From: an uncultured bacterium
GTDB lineage: Bacteria > Babelota > Babeliae > Babelales > Vermiphilaceae
DNA: 64,000 nt
Reading direction: 5' to 3'
NCBI GenBank assembly: GCA_963713925.1
Contig: OY970212.1
Span: 1,024,001 to 1,088,000, forward strand
Part shown: positions 29,416-38,927 of the stretch, one piece after another
Layout of the letters: each line of letters begins with the position of its first letter
Position numbering within the stretch: the first letter of the stretch is position 1
The notes under the pieces: model-generated
The model's input: the letters and a program-made list of their open reading frames with translations, nothing else
The model's database searches: none
Told to the model about the DNA's origin: nothing
Position numbers and translations under genes: made by a program

Positions 29416-31358
29416 TTATGAGTCACCCTTCCCTTGAAACTCACATTTAAATGAGTGTTATCTCGAGTCATCCATCCACACTGCTGAACTCCTTGAGGTG
29501 ATAATTGAACATCCCATTCTTTCGGTTCGAATTCATGTCCACGACCACCTAGCGTCCGAGTTTCTCCTTTAACCCAAACATTTTTAAATCGATCTATATA
29601 ACCGGTATCTCCATTATCCATTTTTTTGACGGGAAGCCTTTCTCCAGGCTTCATACCTTTTGGAGGTATATACCGAATTTTACCTTCCGTGGGCAACTCA
29701 GCCTTTTTTATTTGACCTCGTATACTCCGCTTTCCCTCTTTTCTTAACTCTTTTTCAGCCGCCCTTGCTGCCATTCGTAACTGCTTTTTGTTAACCCATG
29801 CAGATTGACCCGATTGTATCGCTCCGCCTGCCAACTGCCCGGATTGTGCTGCTCGCTGCGTAGCACAAAATGATTCATCCACAGCCTTGAACATAACTCC
29901 TTCAGGAGTTGTCATATACATCTGCGGAGTCGCAAATGGATTTTTTTCTATATAGTTAACTGCTTTGGTTTTGACAGTCGAATAGAATTTACCCAACCCA
30001 CCTAAGATCTTGCCCTGCGTTTTGTATTGCACGACAAGCTTAGTTCCTTGCTTAATCGCATCGCGTAGAGAAATTTCATTGTTTGCAAAAGCAGTTCCAA
30101 CTGCGGTAATCACATTCGTAATCGGAGCAACATAATCATCCCATTTTTCTCGACCCGCTTGCGCATCAAACAAGCTCGTAATACCGATATCGGCCAGATT
30201 GGTTGCAATTTTAAGAGCCTGATATGCCATGACATAGTTGCCAATCGTCAAGCTTGCAACCGTTTGCAACGGATTATTGTAAATATCAACAACCGCACCG
30301 ATCGCACCTTCTACAGCTCCCTCAATGACAGCCGAACAACAATCCAAAATCCCCCAACACGCATCGGCAACCGACATTGCTTTTTCGGTTTTGCCCGCTT
30401 TGTTGAGCTCGCGCGCGCCATCTGCAAGATCAATAAGCGCATCCTTATACTCATATGCCGGATGATCATTGGAAAGATGAATCGCCCGATCAACGATATC
30501 TATGCATTCTTGGTGAATTGTTTGTTGTAATGCAGAGCCATAGCAATGTTCATATTCGTATGGTGATTCTTGGTGCTGCCGAAGTTTTTGTTTGACGTCA
30601 TCCGAGAGACAATATTCTTTATGTTCAAAGTGAAGCAATGCCTCATCGGCAAAGATTGCCTGCATGCGTCGCTCAAAACGATCTGATTGCGAGTCACAAT
30701 CGTCATATAAATCTAGCCCATCGTAATAATCATCGATATTTTCATCAAGCTCCCGAGCGTATTCTTGATAGCCCGATTTGATATCGTCTTCATACTTTTT
30801 GCGTGCCTTTTTGTACGCTTCTTCTCGTTCTCGTTTTGATCTGATACTGGAACATTCGCTGGCAATATAATTAAGATGACATAACCCTGTATTGTGCCAG
30901 TTGCCCGGATGGTTATGCTTCTCTTCTAGCTTATCATAGGCCCTGACTAATCGACCCTCATAATCATCGATCGTTTTTAAGAATTCCCGATATTGTGGAA
31001 TTTTGTATAGATCCCATTGATCGAATAGCCATACTTTATTAATGTATTTGCGTGCTACAATTGCTGCTCGACGAAATTCCTTTACCGTCCAGTCTTTGCA
31101 TTTACGCTGATCATATATAAGACTAAACTCTTTCTTGTAGAACATCTCATACAATTGTTTTCTCGTCACTTGCACCTTCGGCGCTAATGGCCAATGATGC
31201 GGCTTCGGCTTAATATGGTCCTTTTGGTGCTCTTGTGGAAACTCTTGCTCTCGATGGTAGACTACGGGCTCAAGATCAATTGGATCTTCTTGTCCACAAA
31301 GTTTTGGTGCGAATGTAGTAATGATGAAAACCAAGAAAAAATGATTCGATGTGATCAT
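29412..31358 (-). CDS. Secreted polymorphic toxin 2 with Ntox17-like C-terminal domain
   Basis: AAAGGA Shine-Dalgarno 8 nt before ATG 31358, signal peptide, PIDLE motif; tip LPTEGKIRYIPPK...GYIDRFKNVWVKG...EWDVQLS...HLNVSFKGRVTH. Confidence 0.8.
   Translation of the reverse strand: MITSNHFFLVFIITTFAPKLCGQEDPIDLEPVVYHREQEFPQEHQKDHIKPKPHHWPLAPKVQVTRKQLYEMFYKKEFSLIYDQRKCKDWTVKEFRRAAIVARKYINKVWLFDQWDLYKIPQYREFLKTIDDYEGRLVRAYDKLEEKHNHPGNWHNTGLCHLNYIASECSSIRSKREREEAYKKARKKYEDDIKSGYQEYARELDENIDDYYDGLDLYDDCDSQSDRFERRMQAIFADEALLHFEHKEYCLSDDVKQKLRQHQESPYEYEHCYGSALQQTIHQECIDIVDRAIHLSNDHPAYEYKDALIDLADGARELNKAGKTEKAMSVADACWGILDCCSAVIEGAVEGAIGAVVDIYNNPLQTVASLTIGNYVMAYQALKIATNLADIGITSLFDAQAGREKWDDYVAPITNVITAVGTAFANNEISLRDAIKQGTKLVVQYKTQGKILGGLGKFYSTVKTKAVNYIEKNPFATPQMYMTTPEGVMFKAVDESFCATQRAAQSGQLAGGAIQSGQSAWVNKKQLRMAARAAEKELRKEGKRSIRGQIKKAELPTEGKIRYIPPKGMKPGERLPVKKMDNGDTGYIDRFKNVWVKGETRTLGGRGHEFEPKEWDVQLSPQGVQQCGWMTRDNTHLNVSFKGRVTHK
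29862..30745. repeat. ~884-bp direct repeat copy B (toxin core)
   Basis: Matches 26328-27211. Confidence 0.9.
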
Positions 31359-31524
31359 GTGCATATTCCTTTGCTGAGCAGATATATGTCCCGCAATACT
31401 ACAACATAGCAAATGAAATGTTAACACCCTATCTAAAGGCTTACTCGTACTACTCAGAAAGAGAATAGAAAAGAAATGAAGCCATAAGTATAATTATCCT
31501 GTTTTGCTGAAAGGATAATATACT

Positions 31525-32706
31525 ATGGCCTCTGAAAAAAAACTCTTAGAGCATATTAAAAAAAATAACGATAAAGCTCAAGCTTCCACATTATTAAAAC
31601 ATTGCCTTCTTCATACAATTGATTGTATGAAAGAATACAATGACAATAGTGAATTGAAAGCAATTAACGATTTATTAGACCGCGATGAAAAGAATGATAT
31701 CGGGCCCTTGAATGAGCACGAACAACGAATTCTCCAAGAATATACAAACATATATGAACAAGTGAAAATTTATAAAAAGGTTTGTGGCTTCAAACAATCG
31801 GAAATCACACGATTTGAAGCACTTGGCAATGATGACCCCCAAAAACGGATTGATGGCACATGGGACTTGGTAACGGAAAAAAAGATAGCACTGGAAGGCG
31901 AGTTACATTTCTTGGCAAAAAGATCATCTAAACATTGGCCGTTTGTATCAATGTTTGGAAGTATTATCTGTCCAACAACTAGTCGATATAACCCACGAAT
32001 AGATTTTTCTCTCAAACGTCAAAACTATGATGAATGGCTAAAAAATAAGGAAGCTTTTGAATTAGCACAAAAAACAAAGACCTGGTATCACCGGAATAAA
32101 CTTACATGGATATATCGTGTCCTCACCAATGGAGAAGCTGAGTATAAAAGGCTGATGGATTTGGGTCTTTTTTTGGAAGCGACAGATGTCAGCGCTCTGT
32201 ATAACGGATTACGTAGTGGCTTAGAATTAGGACCTAAAATTGGTAGGAATGCTATAAAACTTGAAGAGTTGAAATATAGTTTGCAAAAAATAGTTGATTA
32301 TACAGAAAAAAACTTAGAAAGTTACTCTAAGCCAAATATGACCAATGATCCAGAGAGTAAATCAATTCCCACGTATGATGGCGGAACTGGAATATTGAAT
32401 GTTTATGATACGGAAATTGACTTCGATGTTCAAGCCGATCGGCATAAAATCTTAGAAATAGGCTTTCCAAACGGTATACCTGCCCAAAACGGTATTGCGC
32501 ACGATATTATTTATGATGAAGCGTTAAAAACAGATGCTGACCTTTCCTGGCATCAACTCAATAAAGAAACACGGGCTGAAATAAAAAAAAAGATACGAGA
32601 AATCTGTCGTGGCATAAATGATCGAGTTGAACAAAAGGCTAAAGAGAAAATTTCGATTGCTACCTCTAAGGGAGGGGTTGTTCACTTCGGTTATGATAGT
32701 CAATAG
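31525..32706 (+). CDS. Hypothetical protein (element core)
   Basis: 393-aa ORF with AAAGGA Shine-Dalgarno, no signal peptide, no recognisable motif. Confidence 0.75.
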   Translation: MASEKKLLEHIKKNNDKAQASTLLKHCLLHTIDCMKEYNDNSELKAINDLLDRDEKNDIGPLNEHEQRILQEYTNIYEQVKIYKKVCGFKQSEITRFEALGNDDPQKRIDGTWDLVTEKKIALEGELHFLAKRSSKHWPFVSMFGSIICPTTSRYNPRIDFSLKRQNYDEWLKNKEAFELAQKTKTWYHRNKLTWIYRVLTNGEAEYKRLMDLGLFLEATDVSALYNGLRSGLELGPKIGRNAIKLEELKYSLQKIVDYTEKNLESYSKPNMTNDPESKSIPTYDGGTGILNVYDTEIDFDVQADRHKILEIGFPNGIPAQNGIAHDIIYDEALKTDADLSWHQLNKETRAEIKKKIREICRGINDRVEQKAKEKISIATSKGGVVHFGYDSQ

Positions 32707-32845
32707 CTAATAATTCATTTTTGTCTCTCACGTAAAAAGATTGCCCATACAATTCCGGCAATCTTTTTTTATTTGACCTTACTTCAACTTGCCGGCCCGA
32801 CACGGGCCGAGGGGAACCGACACATCACAGCATAAGCTTTATTGC

Positions 32846-33061
32846 ATGAAGATAAAAAAAATTGTCGGACCCTCATTACCCCAATTACATACAACTCAAT
32901 CTGATGAGTCAGTCTTATCTTCAGATGATTGTGCAACGCTTGTCGCATTCTTTGGAGTGCTCCTGGATTGGCACCAAAATGAAAATGCGATTAATGAGAA
33001 CGCCTCAACATTAATTGAAAAAAAACTAAAAAAAGTTTCAAAAAAGGATTCTAATGAATGA
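32846..33061 (+). CDS. Small hypothetical protein
   Basis: Overlaps the next ORF by 8 nt; motif DCATLVAFFGVLL resembles 37023-37178. Confidence 0.55.
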   Translation: MKIKKIVGPSLPQLHTTQSDESVLSSDDCATLVAFFGVLLDWHQNENAINENASTLIEKKLKKVSKKDSNE

Positions 33062-33314
33062 CCTAGTAACAATTGAATTATTAGAGATGTATCGATTCAA
33101 GGCAAGTAATCAAAAAGCACCTCATGATCCCATTATTATTGATAATAAAGAACATGATTATAGTGTTGAAATTGACGGTCAATTGCGACACGGCCGATAC
33201 ACAGCAATATTTAGGCCGTTAGAAAAAGATCCGAATGGACCTACTTTTATCCTTTTTGGAGGACTCAATGATGAAAAGGGGGAATACAGCTATTCGTCAC
33301 TAATGAAAAAATAA
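33054..33314 (+). CDS. Small hypothetical protein
   Basis: 86 aa, AAAGGA Shine-Dalgarno, upstream of the helicase. Confidence 0.6.
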   Translation: MNDLVTIELLEMYRFKASNQKAPHDPIIIDNKEHDYSVEIDGQLRHGRYTAIFRPLEKDPNGPTFILFGGLNDEKGEYSYSSLMKK

Positions 33315-33378
33315 TTTTAAAACATTAAAACCATCGCTTGAATCCCGATGGTCTTAAATAAAAAACAGGAAATTTACT

Positions 33379-34950
33379 ATGAGTAATGATAACACAAAAA
33401 AAGTTTCTAAACAACGAAAAATCCCTCGCAGTAAGCAAATCGAGATCATGCAAACTGAATGGTATAAAGAAGCTCAACAATTAGCATCAGAAAAATCCCA
33501 TCTCGGTTATAAAGATTTTCCATGGGATGCTTTTTTGGAAATAACACCCAATGATAGCTTGGATAGCTCGAAACAATCACAAATCATCGCGTTACAAGAG
33601 AGGTATAAAGAGTTAATCGAGCGTCAAAAGCTTTTGTGGGCAGAAGACAACGTTGTCACTGAACTAAACAAAATTCATGCAGTTGTACACATTGATCAAA
33701 CTTTTATCATCACCGAAAAAAAGAATTCACTTGGCGGTCATGATTTTTCATTTGAAGGTAGGCAATCCTTCAAGGCGTTTTATGAAGATGAAACAATCAT
33801 ATGCATCGATGGTATTGAACGATGCAAAGCGAGCATTTGGTTGAAAAGTTCGAAAAGACGCAAATACAAAGGTATTGTTTTTGATCCCAATATAATAGGC
33901 CCTGTAGATGGCTGCTACAATTTGTGGAAAGGTTTTACGAGAAAATCAATACAAGGAACCACTCAAAAATATTGGGCTCACGTTAAAGAAAATATTTGCA
34001 ATGGAGATGAAGAATCCTATCAATATATACGAAAATGGCTCGCTTATGTTTTTCAACGACCTGATCAAGTTCACACCGGCATAGTGCTTCGCGGTTCACA
34101 AGGGGTCGGAAAAAATAGTTTCGTTGAGCCCTTGGGAGTTCTTTTGGGATCACACTATGCACCGCTCAGCAGCATTTCAGAGCTCGTTTCAAATTTCAAT
34201 TATCATCTCAAAAATGCAGTTCTAATTCACGCCAATGAAGCATTATGGGGTGGAAATAAGAAAGAGTTAGGAACAATTAAAGCAATGATCACAGAACGAT
34301 CCTGTTTAATTGAAGGGAAAGGGAAAGATAGAATTGTAGTCAGAAATTTTAAGCATGTCATTCTAAGCAGCAATGAAGACTGGCCGGTTTCATTGGATGC
34401 AGATGATCGTCGTTTTTTTGTTCTAACTGTTTCGGAAAAGCACAAAGAAGATCATGAGTACTTTAAAGCGATACAAGAAGAGCTAGATAATGGAGGCTAT
34501 GAAGCTTTATTATTTGATTTGCTCAACGAGGACATATCAAATTTTAATCCTCGTAAACTGCCAAGTTCATCTGATTCTTTCAGCATAAAAATGCGAAGCG
34601 CCGATTCCCCGCAGCGATACTTATATGAAGTATTGTGTGAAGGCGGGTTTTCCATTGGAGATGATGGTGGGAACACAACTCCTGTTTGGCAGGATACAAT
34701 CCCAAAAGATGCTGTTCGCAAAGATTATGTCGCATGGTGCGAAAAAAATGGCGAGCCTGTCTTATCCCAAAATCTATTCGGACGAGTAATAAACAAGACC
34801 ATCGCTTCTGTGCTAGATACGCGTCCGAGCTGTGGCAGCCGTCAACGATGCTATAGATTCCCTAGCTTACGCAAATCACAAGAAGATTTTTGCAAAGCTT
34901 TTAAGGAAAAGCCTGAACGAATTTTTGATAATTACGAAACTATTGACTAG
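33379..34950 (+). CDS. SF3 (D5/NrS-1-like, DUF5906) replicative helicase
   Basis: YNLWKGF, Walker A GSQGVGKN, Walker B IHANE, ILSSN, DDRRFF. Confidence 0.88.
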   Translation: MSNDNTKKVSKQRKIPRSKQIEIMQTEWYKEAQQLASEKSHLGYKDFPWDAFLEITPNDSLDSSKQSQIIALQERYKELIERQKLLWAEDNVVTELNKIHAVVHIDQTFIITEKKNSLGGHDFSFEGRQSFKAFYEDETIICIDGIERCKASIWLKSSKRRKYKGIVFDPNIIGPVDGCYNLWKGFTRKSIQGTTQKYWAHVKENICNGDEESYQYIRKWLAYVFQRPDQVHTGIVLRGSQGVGKNSFVEPLGVLLGSHYAPLSSISELVSNFNYHLKNAVLIHANEALWGGNKKELGTIKAMITERSCLIEGKGKDRIVVRNFKHVILSSNEDWPVSLDADDRRFFVLTVSEKHKEDHEYFKAIQEELDNGGYEALLFDLLNEDISNFNPRKLPSSSDSFSIKMRSADSPQRYLYEVLCEGGFSIGDDGGNTTPVWQDTIPKDAVRKDYVAWCEKNGEPVLSQNLFGRVINKTIASVLDTRPSCGSRQRCYRFPSLRKSQEDFCKAFKEKPERIFDNYETID

Positions 34951-34954
34951 GAGC

Positions 34955-35178
34955 GTCCATTATGATGTCCATGATCTGCAATAGAAAAAATATTTGATTT
35001 ATGACGTTAGTCCAAGACGTCCATATCGTCCGGGCTGTTAAGAAACCGAAACATTCTTCTCATGATAAACGGTGAAGAAAAATTTTGGTGTTCAAACCAC
35101 TCGGACCATGTGGACTGTGTGGACAATGATTATGGAATCGATATTGTCACAATCTTTCTTCCTGGACATATTGTGGAC
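34955..35178. promoter_or_regulatory. Putative iteron replication origin of the element
   Basis: GTCC at 34955, 34967, 35010, 35019, 35028 mirrored by GGAC at 35103, 35112, 35121, 35164, 35175. Confidence 0.75.
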
Positions 35179-35192
35179 TAAAAAGGAGCGTT

Positions 35193-36221
35193 ATGACTCT
35201 TATTGAAATCGCACAACAAGCTGGCATAAAACCAAAGTGGGTGGCAGGCACCGGCGGTGGAGAATATCACTCAGCATGCCCATCCTGCGGTGGGAAGGAT
35301 CGTTTCTTTATTCAGCCATACAAACAAATGGCCAAATGCGTAGGAAGTTATTGTTGTAGAAAATGCGGTATCGCTGGTGATGCAATTCAGTTTGCTCGAC
35401 AGTTTTTAAGCTGTTCTTTTCAAGAAGCTGCTCAGATGGTAAATGCAATAATAAATGAAAACATATCGCTTCCTTCTTTTGCACCTATCAATTCTGCAAA
35501 GCCAGCTATTTTGGTACCTCCTCCAGAAAAATGGTGCGCACATGCTACGGATTTCGTTAATCGTGCGCATGAACGCCTTTTGAGCAATGAGGATGGGTTA
35601 CAACTCCTCACAAACAGAGGACTTCCACTTGATGCCGTCATTCGCTACAAGCTTGGGTGGTCAGATAAAAATGAGTTCTTCTCAAGAACTCATTGGGGTC
35701 TTGCCGATCGATTCGATCAGAACAATAAGAATCGACAGTTGTGGGTACCACAAGGACTTGTTATACCTTCGATCGAGCCAAGCGGCAAAGTAACTCGTTT
35801 GAAAATTAGAAGATGCGATTGGAACGCCGGAGATAAATTACCTAAATATGTGGCAATTTCTGGTAGCATGAATGGTTTGATCATTATTGGCTCAACAAAT
35901 CGTTCTACGATGATTGTGGTCGAGTCAGAGCTTGATGCATATGCAATACATCATGCAGCATCTGATTTTGCTTTCGGAGTCGCTGTTGGAAGTAATATTA
36001 AAAACCCGGACAATATAACTGATCATAATGCGCGAAATAGCAAACAGCTGCTTATCTGTCATGATAACGATGAACCGGGAAAAATAATGTTTTCAAAGTG
36101 GCAACGCTTATATCCGCATGCTATCAACTATCCAACCCCAATTGGTAAAGATATTGGAGAAGCAATTCAAAATGGGTTCAATTTAAGAGAGTGGCTTTTA
36201 TTAGGACTCCGGTCAATTTAA
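35193..36221 (+). CDS. Zn-ribbon plus Toprim primase-like protein
   Basis: CPSCGGKDRF...CRKCG zinc ribbon, VVESELDA, ICHDND, KDIGE. Confidence 0.85.
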   Translation: MTLIEIAQQAGIKPKWVAGTGGGEYHSACPSCGGKDRFFIQPYKQMAKCVGSYCCRKCGIAGDAIQFARQFLSCSFQEAAQMVNAIINENISLPSFAPINSAKPAILVPPPEKWCAHATDFVNRAHERLLSNEDGLQLLTNRGLPLDAVIRYKLGWSDKNEFFSRTHWGLADRFDQNNKNRQLWVPQGLVIPSIEPSGKVTRLKIRRCDWNAGDKLPKYVAISGSMNGLIIIGSTNRSTMIVVESELDAYAIHHAASDFAFGVAVGSNIKNPDNITDHNARNSKQLLICHDNDEPGKIMFSKWQRLYPHAINYPTPIGKDIGEAIQNGFNLREWLLLGLRSI

Positions 36222-36397
36222 TCAAAACCCTGAAATCGACCACTTCTGATTATAGCTGTGCCTATTTTTTTGCATCATTTTTCATTTAAATTTTTAAAAC
36301 ATTAGAAATGAGCGCTTTTTAAACCAAAACTTGACTACGTCAATGAATTAGTTACAATTAGAATATATTTAAACGTTAAAAAAACAAGGTAACCAAA

Positions 36398-36880
36398 ATG
36401 AAATTTTTAAAAATTTCTTCTGCATTTTTACTTGTGCTAGGTTTATTTGGCCGCAGTACGACACTCCTTGGAATGGATGATATTGTTATTCATAAAGCAC
36501 CAACTAAAACAAATGATCCCCAAGGGAAAAAATTTGGCAAATTCTTTTTTTCAGGCCACGCCCAAACAAGAATGAAAGAGAGAGAAGTTTCTTTTGAGGA
36601 AGCTTCTGATGTAGTGAGACATGGCAACCGTTATAATACATTAGAAGGCGCAAAACTCTGTTTTTATGACAAAAAAAATATTGCTGTAGTTCTAAATGAT
36701 AAAACCAATACCATAATTACTGTTCTTTCAAACTTTAATCAAAAAAAATTGATTAAATGGTTGAGCAAGCGCGATGAAAAAAAACCATTTGCTAAGCCTG
36801 CTGCTGTAAAACCAAATGAATTCGTTGAAAAAAAACCATGCTTTACTGAAGTAAACAGTGATTTCGATATCTTTTTGTAA
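36398..36880 (+). CDS. Secreted protein with DUF4258-like domain
   Basis: Signal peptide; FSGHAQTRMKEREVS...IAVV...IITV. Confidence 0.65.
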   Translation: MKFLKISSAFLLVLGLFGRSTTLLGMDDIVIHKAPTKTNDPQGKKFGKFFFSGHAQTRMKEREVSFEEASDVVRHGNRYNTLEGAKLCFYDKKNIAVVLNDKTNTIITVLSNFNQKKLIKWLSKRDEKKPFAKPAAVKPNEFVEKKPCFTEVNSDFDIFL

Positions 36881-37022
36881 TATAAATTTTGACAGTAATT
36901 TCTGGTTAATATAAATATATTGGGCAAGCATTTATTATGAATGCTTGCCCTTTTTTATGCTCTTTTGCTCTGATAGAATCAAAAAAAGCGCAATTCAAAT
37001 CGGTTTTAATCTTCGAAACTGG

Positions 37023-37178
37023 CTATCCAATCGTTTGTAAGCGCTGCCTTAAAATTGATATCATTCTACTTACCAAATTCTGTTTTTGCACTCGCTCACG
37101 ACTTAAGCGTCGGTCTATTTGAATGAGAAGACTAAAAAAATCTACTAGTCTTTTATGTTCTTCAGGAGTAAATTGCAT
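37023..37178 (-). CDS. Small hypothetical protein (51 aa, below ORF-track cutoff)
   Basis: MQFTPEEHKRLVDFFSLLIQIDRRLSRERV...; directly downstream of 37202-37858. Confidence 0.5.
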   Translation of the reverse strand: MQFTPEEHKRLVDFFSLLIQIDRRLSRERVQKQNLVSRMISILRQRLQTIG

Positions 37179-37201
37179 GATCGTTCATTTTCCAAAAAAG
37201 T

Positions 37202-37858
37202 TCATGGTCTTTCATCGTCAAAATCAAAAATATCACACAATGTTGATGGTGGGAAATAACCTTCCACAAAGCGCTCAATCTTAGCCCCATACCATTCTCT
37301 CAATTCTCTGACACCTTCATTGAAACCTCTCTGGTCGTATAGAAGATATTTTCTTCTTAATTTTTGAAATGTATGCTGCCTCATGCGCGGTGGCTTCTGC
37401 TCTAACGACCCTGCACGGTTCTTCAAATAGTCTGTAGCTTTATATTGCATGTAACGGGTACGTTTCAAAGGCCTTAGTTGCTGAGAATAATAACTTAGCT
37501 TTGCACATTTGCGACACAAATACCGACCTTGCAGGCAATAGAGCTTCCTCATCCTGGAATTACATTGTGGACAGTGAAAGAATCGATAAAAGCCTCCGAA
37601 ATTACAGGGCTTACTTTCTACAGGAATAATGTATGTCCCCTGCTCAAAGACCACCCTGATATCGTCGTTTTCCTCGAGCATAGCTTTGAATTTATATCGA
37701 GGTATTTCAAGCAAAACGCGATCTTGCGATCGTCTTACCCATTCAAGCCCCTCTTTATTTTTAAACATTTCAAATGAGTCTATCTCAGAAAACCACGAGC
37801 AAAGAGCTTTCGGATTATGCTTTTTCTTGATTTTCCAGTACCAACCCCAATGCGTCAT
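37202..37858 (-). CDS. Zinc-finger hypothetical protein of mobile elements
   Basis: GGFYRFFHCPQC...LY...CRKC..LSYYSQ...KPPRM; AAGGAG Shine-Dalgarno. Confidence 0.75.
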   Translation of the reverse strand: MTHWGWYWKIKKKHNPKALCSWFSEIDSFEMFKNKEGLEWVRRSQDRVLLEIPRYKFKAMLEENDDIRVVFEQGTYIIPVESKPCNFGGFYRFFHCPQCNSRMRKLYCLQGRYLCRKCAKLSYYSQQLRPLKRTRYMQYKATDYLKNRAGSLEQKPPRMRQHTFQKLRRKYLLYDQRGFNEGVRELREWYGAKIERFVEGYFPPSTLCDIFDFDDERP

Positions 37859-38040
37859 AGCCCAGATCTCCTTTATCGAAATGTCCAGCGATGCCTGTTA
37901 TGGCCTGTATTATTTATACCTCGTTAAACCTGTAAAACGCAAGCATCTTTTCTCATAGAAAATTGCATATTTGACATAACAAACAATGCTGATACGTTAT
38001 TAATTAGTGATATACCACATTCATTTATTTGGAGGATAAT

Positions 38041-38430
38041 ATGCAATTCAAGCATATTTTTTCAGCAATCTTATTGATTAGCTGTTCAATTAGCCGCGCT
38101 GGCCAACAAAAACAAACAATCGACGTTATCAATAATAGCGACCAATCGCTATCCATATCGGCAAACAATGCGAGCAAGACTTTTCATGTTTCGCAAGTCA
38201 TTCCTGCATATACCCGTGCTCTTATTATTGCGCAACTTATCAACCTTAAATCCGCTCAAAATCTTTTGCTTGAAGCAATAGTGAATGATTCCGTTAAGGG
38301 AATACAAGAAGCAATACGTATGGGTGCTGATATCAACCAAGAAATTGGTGGTCAAAGACCATTGGTTTTTGCAGTTGCATTGGAAAAAATCAATGCTGTG
38401 AAATATCTTATCGCTGTAGGCGCAATATAA
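38041..38430 (+). CDS. Secreted ankyrin-repeat protein
   Basis: Signal peptide; GADIN...PLVFAV...VKYLIAVGA. Confidence 0.8.
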   Translation: MQFKHIFSAILLISCSISRAGQQKQTIDVINNSDQSLSISANNASKTFHVSQVIPAYTRALIIAQLINLKSAQNLLLEAIVNDSVKGIQEAIRMGADINQEIGGQRPLVFAVALEKINAVKYLIAVGAI

Positions 38431-38488
38431 AAAACTATGGGAGTCGCACTCATAAAACAATATTGAGTACGACTCCTTTCGTTTTAAC

Positions 38489-38896
38489 ATGAAGGATTTC
38501 GTGATGATAAAAAATAAGTTCGCATATGCTCTCATAATTGCATGCTTAATCCAAAGCCATTCAGTCAAGGCAATTGAATTTTCGACTCTTTACAACCATG
38601 CGACAAATCATCTTAATAAATATGTAATTATAGGTACCGTTTTATTTGTAGGCTCAGCTGTGGGAATAGCCGCATTATTTTACAAAAAAACACCTAACAG
38701 CCACTCTGTTCCAATCATCGAGATAGACGATAAAATAATGCCTTTAAAGGCACAATCTACGAAAAGCAATATCGTGAGCAATGAAGAAAATATACCGTTA
38801 ACGATCGAGACAGAAGAACAAAAAACTCTCGTGACGGTTGAAATGTTTTCATTGAAAGACGAGAGAAAACATACCTTCGAAATGTATGTACAATAA
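38489..38896 (+). CDS. Hypothetical membrane protein
   Basis: Signal peptide plus one TM. Confidence 0.6.
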   Translation: MKDFVMIKNKFAYALIIACLIQSHSVKAIEFSTLYNHATNHLNKYVIIGTVLFVGSAVGIAALFYKKTPNSHSVPIIEIDDKIMPLKAQSTKSNIVSNEENIPLTIETEEQKTLVTVEMFSLKDERKHTFEMYVQ

Positions 38897-38927
38897 TTGA
38901 TCCAAATGATTTAAATGGAGGAAAATC

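Noticed and set aside
26328..30745. Diversity-generating retroelement template/variable repeat pair
   Set aside because: Repeat is too long, differences are not evidently adenine-specific, and there is no reverse transcriptase in the window.
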